64,000 nt of DNA from Rhodocyclaceae bacterium (GTDB lineage Bacteria; Pseudomonadota; Gammaproteobacteria; Burkholderiales; Ga0077523): contig JADCHQ010000023.1 in the NCBI GenBank assembly GCA_020248405.1, positions 5,579 through 69,578 of the forward strand. The letters are read 5' to 3'. Position 1 is the stretch's first letter. Each line of letters starts with the position of its first letter. This document shows positions 19,623 through 29,148 of this stretch, one piece after another. The notes under the pieces were generated by a model. It saw only the letters and a list, made by a program, of their open reading frames with translations, searched no databases and was not told the origin of the DNA. Both the position numbers and the translations under genes were made by a program.

Positions 19623-20404
19623 GATTGCCCGCTCTCGCCGCCTGTCTTGCAAGCGCCACCCTGTCGTGCGGCGCCCTCGCCCAAGTGTCCCTGGACACGC
19701 CACGGGGCGGCTGGCGGCACCAAGCGCCGTCCGGCGGCAGCACCTTTGTCCAGTCGATCAACTATCCCGCGTCGAGCGTCAACACCTCGGGCGCCGATGC
19801 CGCCGCGCTGATCAGCGGGCGGGTGGCCAGCGCCAGCAAGAAGCGCGTGGCCACGCTGGTGGTCAACGGCGTGGCCACGCCCTTGATGCTCGACGAGACG
19901 GGCGCCTTTTCCCGTCCCTATGCCTTTGGCCGGGGCTCGAACAGCGTGGAGATCCGGCAGGGCGCCACCCGCGTGCGCCGCCAGTTCTTCGACGCCGCCC
20001 CGCTTTCGGCGCCCGTGGAACTGCGGGTTGTGCTGTCCTGGGACACCGATGCCACCGATGTGGATCTGCACGTGGTGTCACCACTGGGTGAACACTCCTG
20101 GTACGGCAGCCGCGAAACCCCCTCGGGCGGCGCGCTGGACGTGGACGTGACCACGGGCTTCGGCCCGGAGATCTTCGCGCACCCCAAGCCCCCCCAGGGA
20201 ACGTGGCAGGTCTGGGTGAATTACTACGGCGGCAGGGCATCCGGATCCGACGACGGCCAGGAGGGCGGGCCCGCCCCGGTGACCATCGCCCAGGTGACTG
20301 TGATCAGCCGCGAGAACACGCCCCACGAACGCCAGCAGAGCTTCCGCGTGCCGCTGCGCCGCCCGGGCGAACTCACCCTCATCCGCTCCTTCTCCTACCC
20401 ATGA
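19619..20404 (+). CDS. DUF2135 family protein (YfaP/MagF-like), copy 1
   Basis: ATGA overlap with the upstream gene. It has a signal peptide and the conserved block VLSWDTDATDVDLHVVSPLGEH...GGALDVDVTTGFGPEIF...VNYYGG. Confidence 0.6.
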   Translation: MRLPALAACLASATLSCGALAQVSLDTPRGGWRHQAPSGGSTFVQSINYPASSVNTSGADAAALISGRVASASKKRVATLVVNGVATPLMLDETGAFSRPYAFGRGSNSVEIRQGATRVRRQFFDAAPLSAPVELRVVLSWDTDATDVDLHVVSPLGEHSWYGSRETPSGGALDVDVTTGFGPEIFAHPKPPQGTWQVWVNYYGGRASGSDDGQEGGPAPVTIAQVTVISRENTPHERQQSFRVPLRRPGELTLIRSFSYP

Positions 20405-21189
20405 AGACCCTCGCCGCATTCCTGAGCGCCTGCTGCCTGCCTGCCATCGCCTGGGGCCAGTCGTCCATTTCCCTCGAAACCCCGCGCGGCGGCTGGAACC
20501 AGCGCGGCCTGGCCGACCGCAGCGACGAGGCGGCGGTGGCCTATCCACCAAACCTCATCGACCGCGGCATGCAGCGCCGGCGCACGCTGATTCGCGGCGC
20601 CGTGCTGCCGTCGAAGCCCGGCACGCCCTCCACCCTCATCGTCAATGGCAACCCCATGCCCCTGTACACCGGCGAGGACGGCAGCTTCGCCCGCCCCTAC
20701 GCCATGGCGCCCGGGTCCAACAGCGTGGAGGTGCGCTCGGCCGACCGATCGGCGCGCCGCCGCGTGCAGGTCTACGAAGCCAACCGCGACACCCCGCGCG
20801 CCCAGCTCCGGATCGTGCTCGGCTGGGACGATGGCCAGGCCGAGGTGGACCTGCATGTCATCACCCCGGACGGGCAGCACGCCTTCTGGGCGCGCCCGGT
20901 GCTCTCCGACGGCGGCGGCCTGGACGTGGACAGCGTCGATGGCCCCGGGCCGGAGATGTTCACCATGACATCCCCGCCCCGCGGCAATTATCACGTGTAC
21001 GTGAACTACTGGGGCAACTTCGGCGCGGGCGGCTACCACTTCGACGAGTCGACCCGGGAGCGCGAGGTCATCACCGCCACGGTGACCTTCGTGCTGCACG
21101 AAAACACACCCTCGGAGAAGCGCGAAACCTTCCGTATTCCCCTGCGCAAGATCGGCGATCTCGGGCTCGTGAAGAGCTTCCTGTTCTGA
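20401..21189 (+). CDS. DUF2135 family protein (YfaP/MagF-like), copy 2 (tandem paralog)
   Basis: The ATG at 20401 overlaps the upstream stop (ATGA). It has signal peptide MKTLAAFLSACCLPAIAWG. It is collinear with copy 1 (SLETPRGGW, GSNSVEVR, VLGWDDGQAEVDLHVITPDGQH, GGGLDVDSVDGPGPEMF, VNYWGN, ENTPSEKRETFRIPLR). Confidence 0.6.
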   Translation: MKTLAAFLSACCLPAIAWGQSSISLETPRGGWNQRGLADRSDEAAVAYPPNLIDRGMQRRRTLIRGAVLPSKPGTPSTLIVNGNPMPLYTGEDGSFARPYAMAPGSNSVEVRSADRSARRRVQVYEANRDTPRAQLRIVLGWDDGQAEVDLHVITPDGQHAFWARPVLSDGGGLDVDSVDGPGPEMFTMTSPPRGNYHVYVNYWGNFGAGGYHFDESTREREVITATVTFVLHENTPSEKRETFRIPLRKIGDLGLVKSFLF

Positions 21190-21250
21190 TACCGGCCTAA
21201 CCGTGGCGGCCGTGCCCCGCAGCCGCAAGGCCGGGCCGGTGGCCGCAGGC

Positions 21251-22000
21251 TCAGCCCGCCGCAGGCGCCCCGATCACCACCCCTGCCCCTTCCAGCGCGG
21301 TGCGCACCGCCCGCGCCATGGCCACGGCCCCCGGCGTGTCGCCGTGCACGCAGATGGTCCCCGCGGAGAGCCTGACCGTGGTTCCATCCACCGCCCTCAC
21401 CCGGCCCTCCTGTGCCATGCCCAAAGCCCGCGCCGCCACGGCCGCGGCGTCGTGCAGCACGGCCCCCGGCTCGCTGCGCGGCAGCAGCGTTGCGTCGGCG
21501 CGATAGGCGCGGTCGGCGAAGGCCTCCTCCACGGTGAACAGCCCCGCCTCGCGGCTGGCGCGCGCCAGGGCGCTGCCGGCCAGGGCGTAGAAGGCGAGGC
21601 CGGGGTCGAACTCGCGCACCGCGGCAGCCACGGCATGGGCCAGGGCGGGCTCGCGCGCCGCGCGGTTGTAGAGGGCGCCGTGGGCCTTCACGTGGCGCAG
21701 GCTGATGCTCTCCCGCCGGGCAACGGCGGCGATGGCCTCCAGCTGCCGCAGCACCTGCTCGCGCACGGTGGCGGGCGGCAGGTCGAGCTCGCGCCGGCCA
21801 AAGTGCTCGCGATCCTCGAAGGACGGATGGGCCCCCGCCGCCACGCCGCGCGCGGCCGCGGCGCGCAGGGTGCGCGCCATGGTGCCGGTATCGCCAGCAT
21901 GGCCGCCGCAGGCGATGTTCGCGGAGCTCACGAGATCGAGCAGCGCCTCGTCATCGCCCATGCCCTCGCCCAGATCGGCGTTGAGGTCCACACCCTTCAC
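21251..22000 (-). CDS. pxpA: 5-oxoprolinase subunit A (LamB/YcsF family)
   Basis: The N-terminus VDLNADLGEG...ANIACGGHAGD is the LamB/YcsF signature. It is the last gene of a B-C-A arrangement, as in E. coli ybgJKL. Confidence 0.85.
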   Translation of the reverse strand: MKGVDLNADLGEGMGDDEALLDLVSSANIACGGHAGDTGTMARTLRAAAARGVAAGAHPSFEDREHFGRRELDLPPATVREQVLRQLEAIAAVARRESISLRHVKAHGALYNRAAREPALAHAVAAAVREFDPGLAFYALAGSALARASREAGLFTVEEAFADRAYRADATLLPRSEPGAVLHDAAAVAARALGMAQEGRVRAVDGTTVRLSAGTICVHGDTPGAVAMARAVRTALEGAGVVIGAPAAG

Positions 22001-22998
22001 GCCAGTTGCGCGCGCAGCGCCTCGGCAGTGCGCGCGAGTTGCCGCTCGCGCGCGGCCAGCAGCGCGTGGCTTTCAAGAACGGTGATGAGCTCGAAACGCA
22101 ACTGGTCTCCAGGGGCGAGCTGGGCCATGAGCGGCAGATCCACTGCCGCCACCACGGCCAGCACCGGATAGCCGCCGGTGGTGGCGCGATCGGCCATGAG
22201 CACGATGGGCTGGCCGGAGGGCGGCACCTGCACCGCGCCCGTGGCCATGCCCTCGGAGAGCACATCGCCGCCGCGCGGCGCTGCCAGAGCGAGGCCTTCC
22301 AGGCGATAGCCCATGCGGTCGGAATCGAGCAGCACCCGGTAGGGCACGCCCGCGAACTGCTCGCGCGTCTTGAGGGTGAAGGTCTGCCAGTGGCGGCCGG
22401 GTACGGCGCGGATCACCTGACCTTCCCGGGGCATGGGCACTTCCGTGTGCGCCACCGACCAGGACGGATAGGCCACGCCACGGCGGGCGCGGGACAGCAG
22501 CCGGACCCAGCGCGGCGTGTGGGCCTCCTCGGGCGAGCGCAGGGGGATCACGTCGCCACGGCGCAGGGCGCGGCCGCGGAAGCCGCCAAAACCGCCCCGC
22601 TGGGCAGTGGACCGGCTGCCCATCACCGGCGGCAGGTCGAAGCCGCCGGCCATGGCCAGGTAGGCGCGGGCGCCGCGGGTGGCACGCCCGAACTCGAGCC
22701 TTGCCCCGGCTGGCACCCGTGCCGGCCGCCATGATGGCAGCGGCTGGCCATCTACCCTGGCATCCATGTCCGCGCCGCACACGGCGATCACGGCGTCGCA
22801 GCCCAGGCGCAGCGTGGGGCCCGAGAGGGTCAGTTCCAGCGTGGCATCGTCCTCGGCATTGCCCACCAGGGCGTTAGCCATGCGATGGGAAAGCTCGTCC
22901 ATGGCGCCGTTCACCATCACACCCAGGTGCTGGAAGCCGTGCCGGCCCAGGTCCTGCACCGTGGTCAGCAAGCCGGCCCGCTCCACCCGAAGGGACAT
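21997..22998 (-). CDS. pxpC: 5-oxoprolinase subunit C (allophanate hydrolase subunit 2 / KipA-like)
   Basis: MSLRVERAGLLTTVQDLGRHGFQHLGV..GAMD is the typical AHS2 N-terminus. 333 aa. It overlaps pxpA by 4 nt. Confidence 0.85.
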   Translation of the reverse strand: MSLRVERAGLLTTVQDLGRHGFQHLGVMVNGAMDELSHRMANALVGNAEDDATLELTLSGPTLRLGCDAVIAVCGADMDARVDGQPLPSWRPARVPAGARLEFGRATRGARAYLAMAGGFDLPPVMGSRSTAQRGGFGGFRGRALRRGDVIPLRSPEEAHTPRWVRLLSRARRGVAYPSWSVAHTEVPMPREGQVIRAVPGRHWQTFTLKTREQFAGVPYRVLLDSDRMGYRLEGLALAAPRGGDVLSEGMATGAVQVPPSGQPIVLMADRATTGGYPVLAVVAAVDLPLMAQLAPGDQLRFELITVLESHALLAARERQLARTAEALRAQLA

Positions 22999-23001
22999 GG
23001 A

Positions 23002-23724
23002 TCAGTTCGCCGCCTTGAGCAACGTCTCGAACTCGCCGACGCCGATGGCCACGAACTTCACCCGGTCGCCCGGGGCCAGGCGATTGGGCGGATCGGCCTC
23101 GGGGCGAAACAGCCACCAGGGGGTGCGGCCGATGAGGTTCCAGCCGCCCGGGGTGGCGGAGGGATAGATGCCGGTCTGCTCGCCGCCGATGGCCACGCTG
23201 CCTGCCGCGATGACCTTGCGGGGCACGTCGCGGCGCGGCGTGGCGATGCGCAGGTCCAGCCCGCCCAGATAGGCGAAGCCGGGCACGAAGCCCAGCAGGT
23301 GCACCTCGTAGGTGGGCGCGCAATGCAGGCGGATCACGTCCTCGGGCTCCAGGCCGTGGTGCTCGGCCACGGCGGCGAGGTCGTCGCCGTGGCTGCCGCC
23401 GTAGCAGACGGGGATTTCGTGGGAGCGGGGCTTGCGCCGCGGCGCCGCGGGCGCCCTGGCCAGCGCCGCTGCCACGGCCTCGCGCAGGGTATCGAAGGCT
23501 TGGTGCCCTGGGTGGCGCCTCAGCACATCGAGCGGATCGAAGTGCACCGTGAGCGCCGCGTAGGCCGGCACCACGTCGGTGACGCCCGCCAGGGGATGGG
23601 CGAGCAGATACTCCGCGGCCGCCTGCACGCGCCGGTTGACGAGCGCATCCACCCGTTGCCCGAACTCCACCACCAGCGCGCTGTCGCCCATGGCGGCAAA
23701 ACGGATCTGTGCAGAAGCAACCAT
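23002..23724 (-). CDS. pxpB: 5-oxoprolinase subunit B (allophanate hydrolase subunit 1 / KipI-like)
   Basis: The ATG at 23724 (MVASAQIRFAAMGDSALVVEF) is the start. The cyclophilin-like AHS1 core has GFVPGFAYLG and IYPSATPGGWNLIGRTP. Confidence 0.8.
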   Translation of the reverse strand: MVASAQIRFAAMGDSALVVEFGQRVDALVNRRVQAAAEYLLAHPLAGVTDVVPAYAALTVHFDPLDVLRRHPGHQAFDTLREAVAAALARAPAAPRRKPRSHEIPVCYGGSHGDDLAAVAEHHGLEPEDVIRLHCAPTYEVHLLGFVPGFAYLGGLDLRIATPRRDVPRKVIAAGSVAIGGEQTGIYPSATPGGWNLIGRTPWWLFRPEADPPNRLAPGDRVKFVAIGVGEFETLLKAAN

Positions 23725-23818
23725 GGCGCGATGATAGCCGCAAGGCCACGAAAGCTCCGCGCCGGCGGCGCCGGGGCGACTCCTATAATCGGCGCCTTTC
23801 CATGGGGAGGAAAACAAC

Positions 23819-25090
23819 ATGCAACGCAGGCTGACGGGTGCGCTCTTCGGGGCCGTGCTGGTGTCCTGGGCCATGCTGGCGGGCGCGCAGGCGCTGCCAC
23901 GGGTGGAACCCGAGGCGGTGGGGTTATCGTCCCAGCGGCTGGCACTGATCGGTGCCACCGTGGAAGGGTGGGTCGCGAAGAAGGAGCTCCCGGGCGCGGT
24001 CACCCTCGTGGCGCGGCGCGGCCGCGTGGCCTACGTGCACGTGGCGGGATGGCGCGACGCGGCGGCGGGCGACGCGCTGCGCGAGGACTCCATCTTCCGC
24101 CTCTACTCCATGACCAAGCCGGTGGTGAGCATCGCCGCCCTGCAACTCGTGGAGGATGGCCGGCTGGCGCTGAACGAGCCGGTGCACAAGTACATCCCCG
24201 AGTTCAAGGACATGAAGGTGGCCACCGAGTCGGTGGACGCCGCCGGCAACGCGGTCATGACCACGGCGCCCGCCAAACGCGCCATCACCGTCCAGGATCT
24301 GCTGCGCCATACCTCGGGCATCACCTACGGTCCGCCGCTGCAGACCAAAACCCTCGTGCAGAAGATGTACGCGGAAGCCGGCATCTGGTCCCAGAAGTGG
24401 GTGCTGGCCGATTTCGCCAGGGCCCTGGCCAGGCTGCCCCTCATGGCCGAGCCCGGCACCACCTGGGAGTACGGCCACAATACCGACATCCTCGGCCGCG
24501 TGGTGGAGGTGGCCGCCGGCAAGCCGCTCAACGAGGTGCTGGACGAGCGCATCCTGCGGCCCCTGGGGATGGCGGATACGGCCTTCCAGGTGCCACCGCA
24601 GAAAGCCTCGCGCCTGGCCCAGCCCCAGCCCGACCCCTACAGCGGCCAGACACCCGACCTGATCGACCTCACCCAGCCCGCCACCTTCTTCGCGGGCGGC
24701 CACGGCCTGGCGGGCACGGCGTCGGACTACCTGCGCTTCGCGCAGATGCTGCTTGACGAAGGCCGCCTGGGCCGCACGCGCATCATCGGCCCGCGCACCC
24801 TGGCGTGGGCCACCTCCGATCACGTGCACGGGGGCATCGCCAAGGGCGGCAATTTCATCCCCGGTCCGGGCTATGGCTTCGGCCTGGGCTTCGGTGTGCG
24901 CCTGGAACGCGGCCAGTCCACCTTGCCCGGTTCGCCCGGCGAGTTCTACTGGGGCGGCTACGCCGGCACCGCCTTCTGGGTGGACCCGAAGGAGGACCTG
25001 GTGGTGGTGTTCATGACCACCGAACCCACACGCCGCAACGCCTACCGCGCGGCGCTGCGCGGCCTGGTCTACGGCGCCATCGACAACTGA
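23819..25090 (+). CDS. Serine hydrolase, beta-lactamase/transpeptidase-like (class C / esterase family)
   Basis: Signal peptide, then an S-x-x-K motif (YSMTKPV). 423 aa, a typical family VIII esterase / AmpC-like scaffold. Confidence 0.75.
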   Translation: MQRRLTGALFGAVLVSWAMLAGAQALPRVEPEAVGLSSQRLALIGATVEGWVAKKELPGAVTLVARRGRVAYVHVAGWRDAAAGDALREDSIFRLYSMTKPVVSIAALQLVEDGRLALNEPVHKYIPEFKDMKVATESVDAAGNAVMTTAPAKRAITVQDLLRHTSGITYGPPLQTKTLVQKMYAEAGIWSQKWVLADFARALARLPLMAEPGTTWEYGHNTDILGRVVEVAAGKPLNEVLDERILRPLGMADTAFQVPPQKASRLAQPQPDPYSGQTPDLIDLTQPATFFAGGHGLAGTASDYLRFAQMLLDEGRLGRTRIIGPRTLAWATSDHVHGGIAKGGNFIPGPGYGFGLGFGVRLERGQSTLPGSPGEFYWGGYAGTAFWVDPKEDLVVVFMTTEPTRRNAYRAALRGLVYGAIDN

Positions 25091-25091
25091 C

Positions 25092-25700
25092 ATGAAGCTC
25101 GCGCGCCTCGCCATTACCGCCCTGTTGCTGGCGGCCACCCTCGCCCACGCCGGCCTGGAGGATGACGGCCAGCCCGTGCTGCTGGTGGCCGATCCGGGCA
25201 TGGGCGACGAGAACTTCGCCCGCACGGTGGTGGCGGTGGCCTTTCCCCAGGACGGCGGGGCCATGGGGGTAATCCTCAACCGCGCCAGCGGCCTCACCCT
25301 GGGCGAGCTGCTGGGTGATCAGGTGGCCGCGGTGAGCGGCCGGCCCGATCCTGTGGGCATGGGCGGCCCGGTCACCCCCGACGGCATGCTGTTCCTGTTC
25401 CGCGCCGACAGCCACCCGGTGCGGGCGCTGCCCATGGTGGACGACTGGTATCTGTCCGGTGACGGGCAGCTGTTCGACGCCCTGGCGCGGCTGTCGCCCG
25501 GCGAGGCGCGCGAGCGGGTGCGCTACTTCGTGGGCTACACCGGCTGGGCCGAAGGCCAGCTCGACCGTGAAGTGAACCGCGGCGACTGGCAGGTGCTGCC
25601 GCTGGACGCCGCGGTGCTGCTGGACGCCGACCCCGAGAGCCTGTGGTCGCGCATGATGGCGCGCACCCGCGCCCGCAGCGCCGCGCTCACCGCGCCCTGA
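25092..25700 (+). CDS. YqgE/AlgH family protein with a predicted signal peptide
   Basis: LLVADPGMGDENFARTVV...GVILNR...GGPV is typical of UPF0301 YqgE/AlgH. Its N-terminus MKLARLAITALLLAATLAHA looks like a cleavable signal. The start lies 1 nt after the upstream stop. Confidence 0.65.
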   Translation: MKLARLAITALLLAATLAHAGLEDDGQPVLLVADPGMGDENFARTVVAVAFPQDGGAMGVILNRASGLTLGELLGDQVAAVSGRPDPVGMGGPVTPDGMLFLFRADSHPVRALPMVDDWYLSGDGQLFDALARLSPGEARERVRYFVGYTGWAEGQLDREVNRGDWQVLPLDAAVLLDADPESLWSRMMARTRARSAALTAP

Positions 25701-25729
25701 CCCCGTCGCTGGGCGCCGCGCCGGGCGGC

Positions 25730-28426
25730 CTAGCCGTGCGCGGCTCGGCGGCGCGCCCATGACGCCCTCGCCGCCCGCTTCTCCAGCTCCACCACCACAA
25801 ACACCACCGCCGACAGGGCAAGGGCCAGCCGCCAGGCCTCGGCCCGGGGCGACTCGGTGGCGAACACCGCCTGGAACGGCGCCCACCAGGTGAAGGCTGC
25901 CTGCAACAGCAGCAGCGCACCCACGGCCGCGGGCACGGCCGGGTTGTCGTGCAGCCGCAGGCGCGGCAGCCCGGAATCGGGCGAGCGGATGTTGAACAGG
26001 TAGGCTAGCTGGGCCAGCACCAGAGCGTTCACCGCCGCCGTGCGGGCCGCGGCTTCGGACGCGCCGCGTGCCAGTTCCCACTGGTGCAGCCACAGCACGC
26101 CCCCGGCCACCAGCACCGCCACCAGCAGCGTGCGCCACACCAGCGCCGCCGGCAGCAGGGGCTCGCGCGGATCACGCGGCCGCTGGCGCATGACGCCAGG
26201 CTCGTGCGGCTCGAAGGCCAGGGCCAGCGAAAGCGTCACCGAGATCACCATGTTCACCCACAGCACCTGCGCGGCGCTGAGGGGCAGGGGCAGGCCCAGG
26301 AAAATCGCGCCCGCCATGGAGGCGGCCTGGGCACCGTTGGTGGGCAGCACATAAGCAATGGCCTTGCGGATGTTGGCGTACACCGTACGCCCCTCCTCCA
26401 CCGCGGCGGCGATGGTGGCGAAGTCGTCGTCGGCCAGCACCACGGCCGCGGCCTCGCGCGCCGCGGCCGTGCCCTTGAGCCCCATGGCCACGCCCACATC
26501 GGCGCGCTTGAGAGCCGGAGCGTCGTTGACGCCGTCGCCGGTCATGGCCACCACCTCGCCTTGCTCCTGGAGCGCCGCCACGATGCGCAGCTTGTGGGCT
26601 GGCGCGGCGCGGGCGAACACCGCCGCATCGCGCACCAGCGCCGGCAGCTCCTGATCGCTGGCCGCCTCCACCTCGGCGCCGCTCACGGCGCGGGTGGCGC
26701 CCTCCAGGCCCAGCTCCCGGGCGATGGCCAGCGCCGTGGCGGCGTGATCGCCGGTGATCATCTTCACGCTGATGCCGGCCTCCTGGCAGCGCGCCACCGC
26801 CGCCACGGCCGCCGCGCGGGGCGGGTCGATCAGACCCACCAGCCCCACCAGCACCAGTTCGCGCAGCGGCTGCGCGGCCACGAAGCGCGCCTCGGGCGCG
26901 AGCCGCGCCGCCACTGCGATTACCCGCATGCCAGCGGCGGCCAGTTCCTCTGCCGCGGCGTGCCAGCGCGCCCCATCCAGGGGCGCCTCGCCCCCCGCCT
27001 CCAGCTGGCGGTCACACAGCGCCAGCACCGCCTCGGGCGCGCCTTTCAAGGCGAGCAGCGTCTCGCCCCCGTCGTCGTGAATCGTGGCCATCCAGCGCCG
27101 CTCGGCATCGAAGGGGAGCGCATCGGTGCGCGGCGCCTGGGAGCGCTCCGCGGCCGGGTCCACCCCGGCCTTGAGGGCGAAGGCCACCAGCGCGGCCTCC
27201 AGCGGATCACCCTCGGGCCGCCAATCGCCGCCCTCGGGCCCCACGTCGGCGTCGTTGCACAGCACCGCCGCACGCACGAGCGCACCCAGGGTGGGATGCG
27301 TGCCAGCGTCGGCGGCAACGCCCGCCGCGCTCACCTCGCCGTCGGGCGAGTAGCCATGACCGGTGATCTCGAAAGCTCCCTCGGCGGTCACCACCCGCGC
27401 CACCATCATCTGGTTCGCCGTCAGGGTGCCGGTCTTGTCGCTGCAGATCACCGTGACCGAGCCGAGCGTTTCCACCGAGGGCAGATGGCGCACGATGGCC
27501 CTGCGCCGGGCCATGCGCCGTACGCCGATGGCCAGCGCGATGGTCACGATGGCGGGCAGCCCCTCGGGAATGGCGGCCACGGCAATGCCTACCACCGCCA
27601 GGAACGCATCGCCCGTTTCAAGGCCCCGCGCCAGCGCCACGGCGAACACCAGCGCGGCCGCGCCCAGAATGGCGACGGTGAGCTGCCGGCCGAACTGCGC
27701 CAGCCGGCGCGTGAGTGGCGTTTCCAGCGCTGTGACGCCCGCCACCATCCCCGACAGCCGGCCCAGCTCCGTGGCCGATCCCGTGGCCACCACCACACCC
27801 ACGCCCGTACCGCGGGTGACCAGCGTGCCCGACCACGCCATGCCGGCGCGCTCGGCCATGGGCGTCCCGGGCGCAGCCGCCGCGGTGGTCTTGTCCACGG
27901 GCACCGACTCGCCGGTGAGCGCCGATTCGTCCACCGACAGGCCGCGCACCTCCATCAGGCGCAGGTCGGCGGGCACACGCTCGCCAGCCTCCAGCCACAC
28001 CAGGTCGCCGCGCACCAGGGTTGCCGCATCCAGCGTGAGCCGCCGGCCATCGCGGATGGCCACGGCCACCGGCGCCAGCATGGCGCGGATCGCCCCCAGC
28101 GCCCGCTCGGCGCGCGCCTCCTGCACGAAGCCGATGAGGGCGTTCAGCACGATCACCGCGAAGATCACGGCGGCATCGGTGACATGCCCCAGGGCCAGCA
28201 CCACGGCGCCCGCCGCCAGCAGCACCATCACCAGCACATCGCGGAATTGAGACAGCAGGCGGCGCAGCCATCCCGCCGAGGCGGTCGCTTCGAGGCGGTT
28301 GGGCCCGTCACGGGCCAGCCGGCGCGCGGCCTCGTGGGCCGTCAGGCCCTGGGCATGGGTGCCGGCGCGTTCCAGCACCTCGGGAAAATCGACGCAGTGC
28401 CAGGCGATGCTGCCGGAGGATTCCAT
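25730..28426 (-). CDS. Cation-transporting P-type ATPase (P2-type, Ca2+/Mg2+-like)
   Basis: 898 aa. It has the phosphorylation motif ICSDKTGTLT, the TGES actuator motif (LTGESVP), MITGDH and TGDGVNDAPALKRADVGVAMG. Confidence 0.9.
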   Translation of the reverse strand: MESSGSIAWHCVDFPEVLERAGTHAQGLTAHEAARRLARDGPNRLEATASAGWLRRLLSQFRDVLVMVLLAAGAVVLALGHVTDAAVIFAVIVLNALIGFVQEARAERALGAIRAMLAPVAVAIRDGRRLTLDAATLVRGDLVWLEAGERVPADLRLMEVRGLSVDESALTGESVPVDKTTAAAAPGTPMAERAGMAWSGTLVTRGTGVGVVVATGSATELGRLSGMVAGVTALETPLTRRLAQFGRQLTVAILGAAALVFAVALARGLETGDAFLAVVGIAVAAIPEGLPAIVTIALAIGVRRMARRRAIVRHLPSVETLGSVTVICSDKTGTLTANQMMVARVVTAEGAFEITGHGYSPDGEVSAAGVAADAGTHPTLGALVRAAVLCNDADVGPEGGDWRPEGDPLEAALVAFALKAGVDPAAERSQAPRTDALPFDAERRWMATIHDDGGETLLALKGAPEAVLALCDRQLEAGGEAPLDGARWHAAAEELAAAGMRVIAVAARLAPEARFVAAQPLRELVLVGLVGLIDPPRAAAVAAVARCQEAGISVKMITGDHAATALAIARELGLEGATRAVSGAEVEAASDQELPALVRDAAVFARAAPAHKLRIVAALQEQGEVVAMTGDGVNDAPALKRADVGVAMGLKGTAAAREAAAVVLADDDFATIAAAVEEGRTVYANIRKAIAYVLPTNGAQAASMAGAIFLGLPLPLSAAQVLWVNMVISVTLSLALAFEPHEPGVMRQRPRDPREPLLPAALVWRTLLVAVLVAGGVLWLHQWELARGASEAAARTAAVNALVLAQLAYLFNIRSPDSGLPRLRLHDNPAVPAAVGALLLLQAAFTWWAPFQAVFATESPRAEAWRLALALSAVVFVVVELEKRAARASWARRRAAHG

Positions 28427-28500
28427 GGCGCCATTGCCTTCAGGGAGACGGGTTCACCGGGCGCCGCACGGCACGGATGGCCGCGTGCCGAAGGGGCTGC

Positions 28501-29148
28501 TCAGCCCACCACCACCACATGCACGCGGAAGGGGCCATGGGCGCCGATCTGCAACTGTCCTTCGATATCGGCGGTACGCGAGGGGCCGGACACGAAATTG
28601 ACCGCGCGGGGCAACGCGCCCGTCTCGCGCCGGGTCCTCGCCCAGGCCTCTTCCATGGCCGGCTCGATGCGATCGGCCGGCACGATGGCCACGTGGGTTT
28701 CGGGCAGCAGGCTGGTGACCGGGTGGGTGTCGGGCCCGGAGAGCAGCATGAGCGTGCCGGTTTCGGCGATGGCCAGGTGCACCCCGGTGATGCCCACCAG
28801 GTCGTCGCCGCGCGCCGGGCGGGCCTGTACGTGCATGCCCGCGGCGTCCCAGGGCAGCGCCGCCACGGCGGGCCACGCGGCCGCCTGGAGCGGCAGCCCC
28901 TTGCCGGACAGGAAGGCGCTCACCGAACCAGGCACATCTTCCAGGCACGCCACGCGGGCCACGGTGCTGGACATGCGCTCGCACTGGCTCAGGAACCGCT
29001 CCACCAGGTCGCCCTGCACCGCCGGGCGCGGGCCCACGGTCCGGGCGCGGATGCGCTCGTCCACGCGCCGCGCCTCCTCGGCCGTGGGAGCCGCTGCGGC
29101 CTGGCGCGCCTCGCGCACCCGCCGCAAGATGTTGTCGCGCGCGCTCAC
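28501..29148 (-). CDS. lutC: Lactate utilization protein C (LutC/YkgG family)
   Basis: The GTG at 29148 overlaps the lutB stop (GTGA). VSARDNILRRVR... is a typical LutC N-terminus. It is the third gene of lutABC. Confidence 0.75.
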   Translation of the reverse strand: MSARDNILRRVREARQAAAAPTAEEARRVDERIRARTVGPRPAVQGDLVERFLSQCERMSSTVARVACLEDVPGSVSAFLSGKGLPLQAAAWPAVAALPWDAAGMHVQARPARGDDLVGITGVHLAIAETGTLMLLSGPDTHPVTSLLPETHVAIVPADRIEPAMEEAWARTRRETGALPRAVNFVSGPSRTADIEGQLQIGAHGPFRVHVVVVG

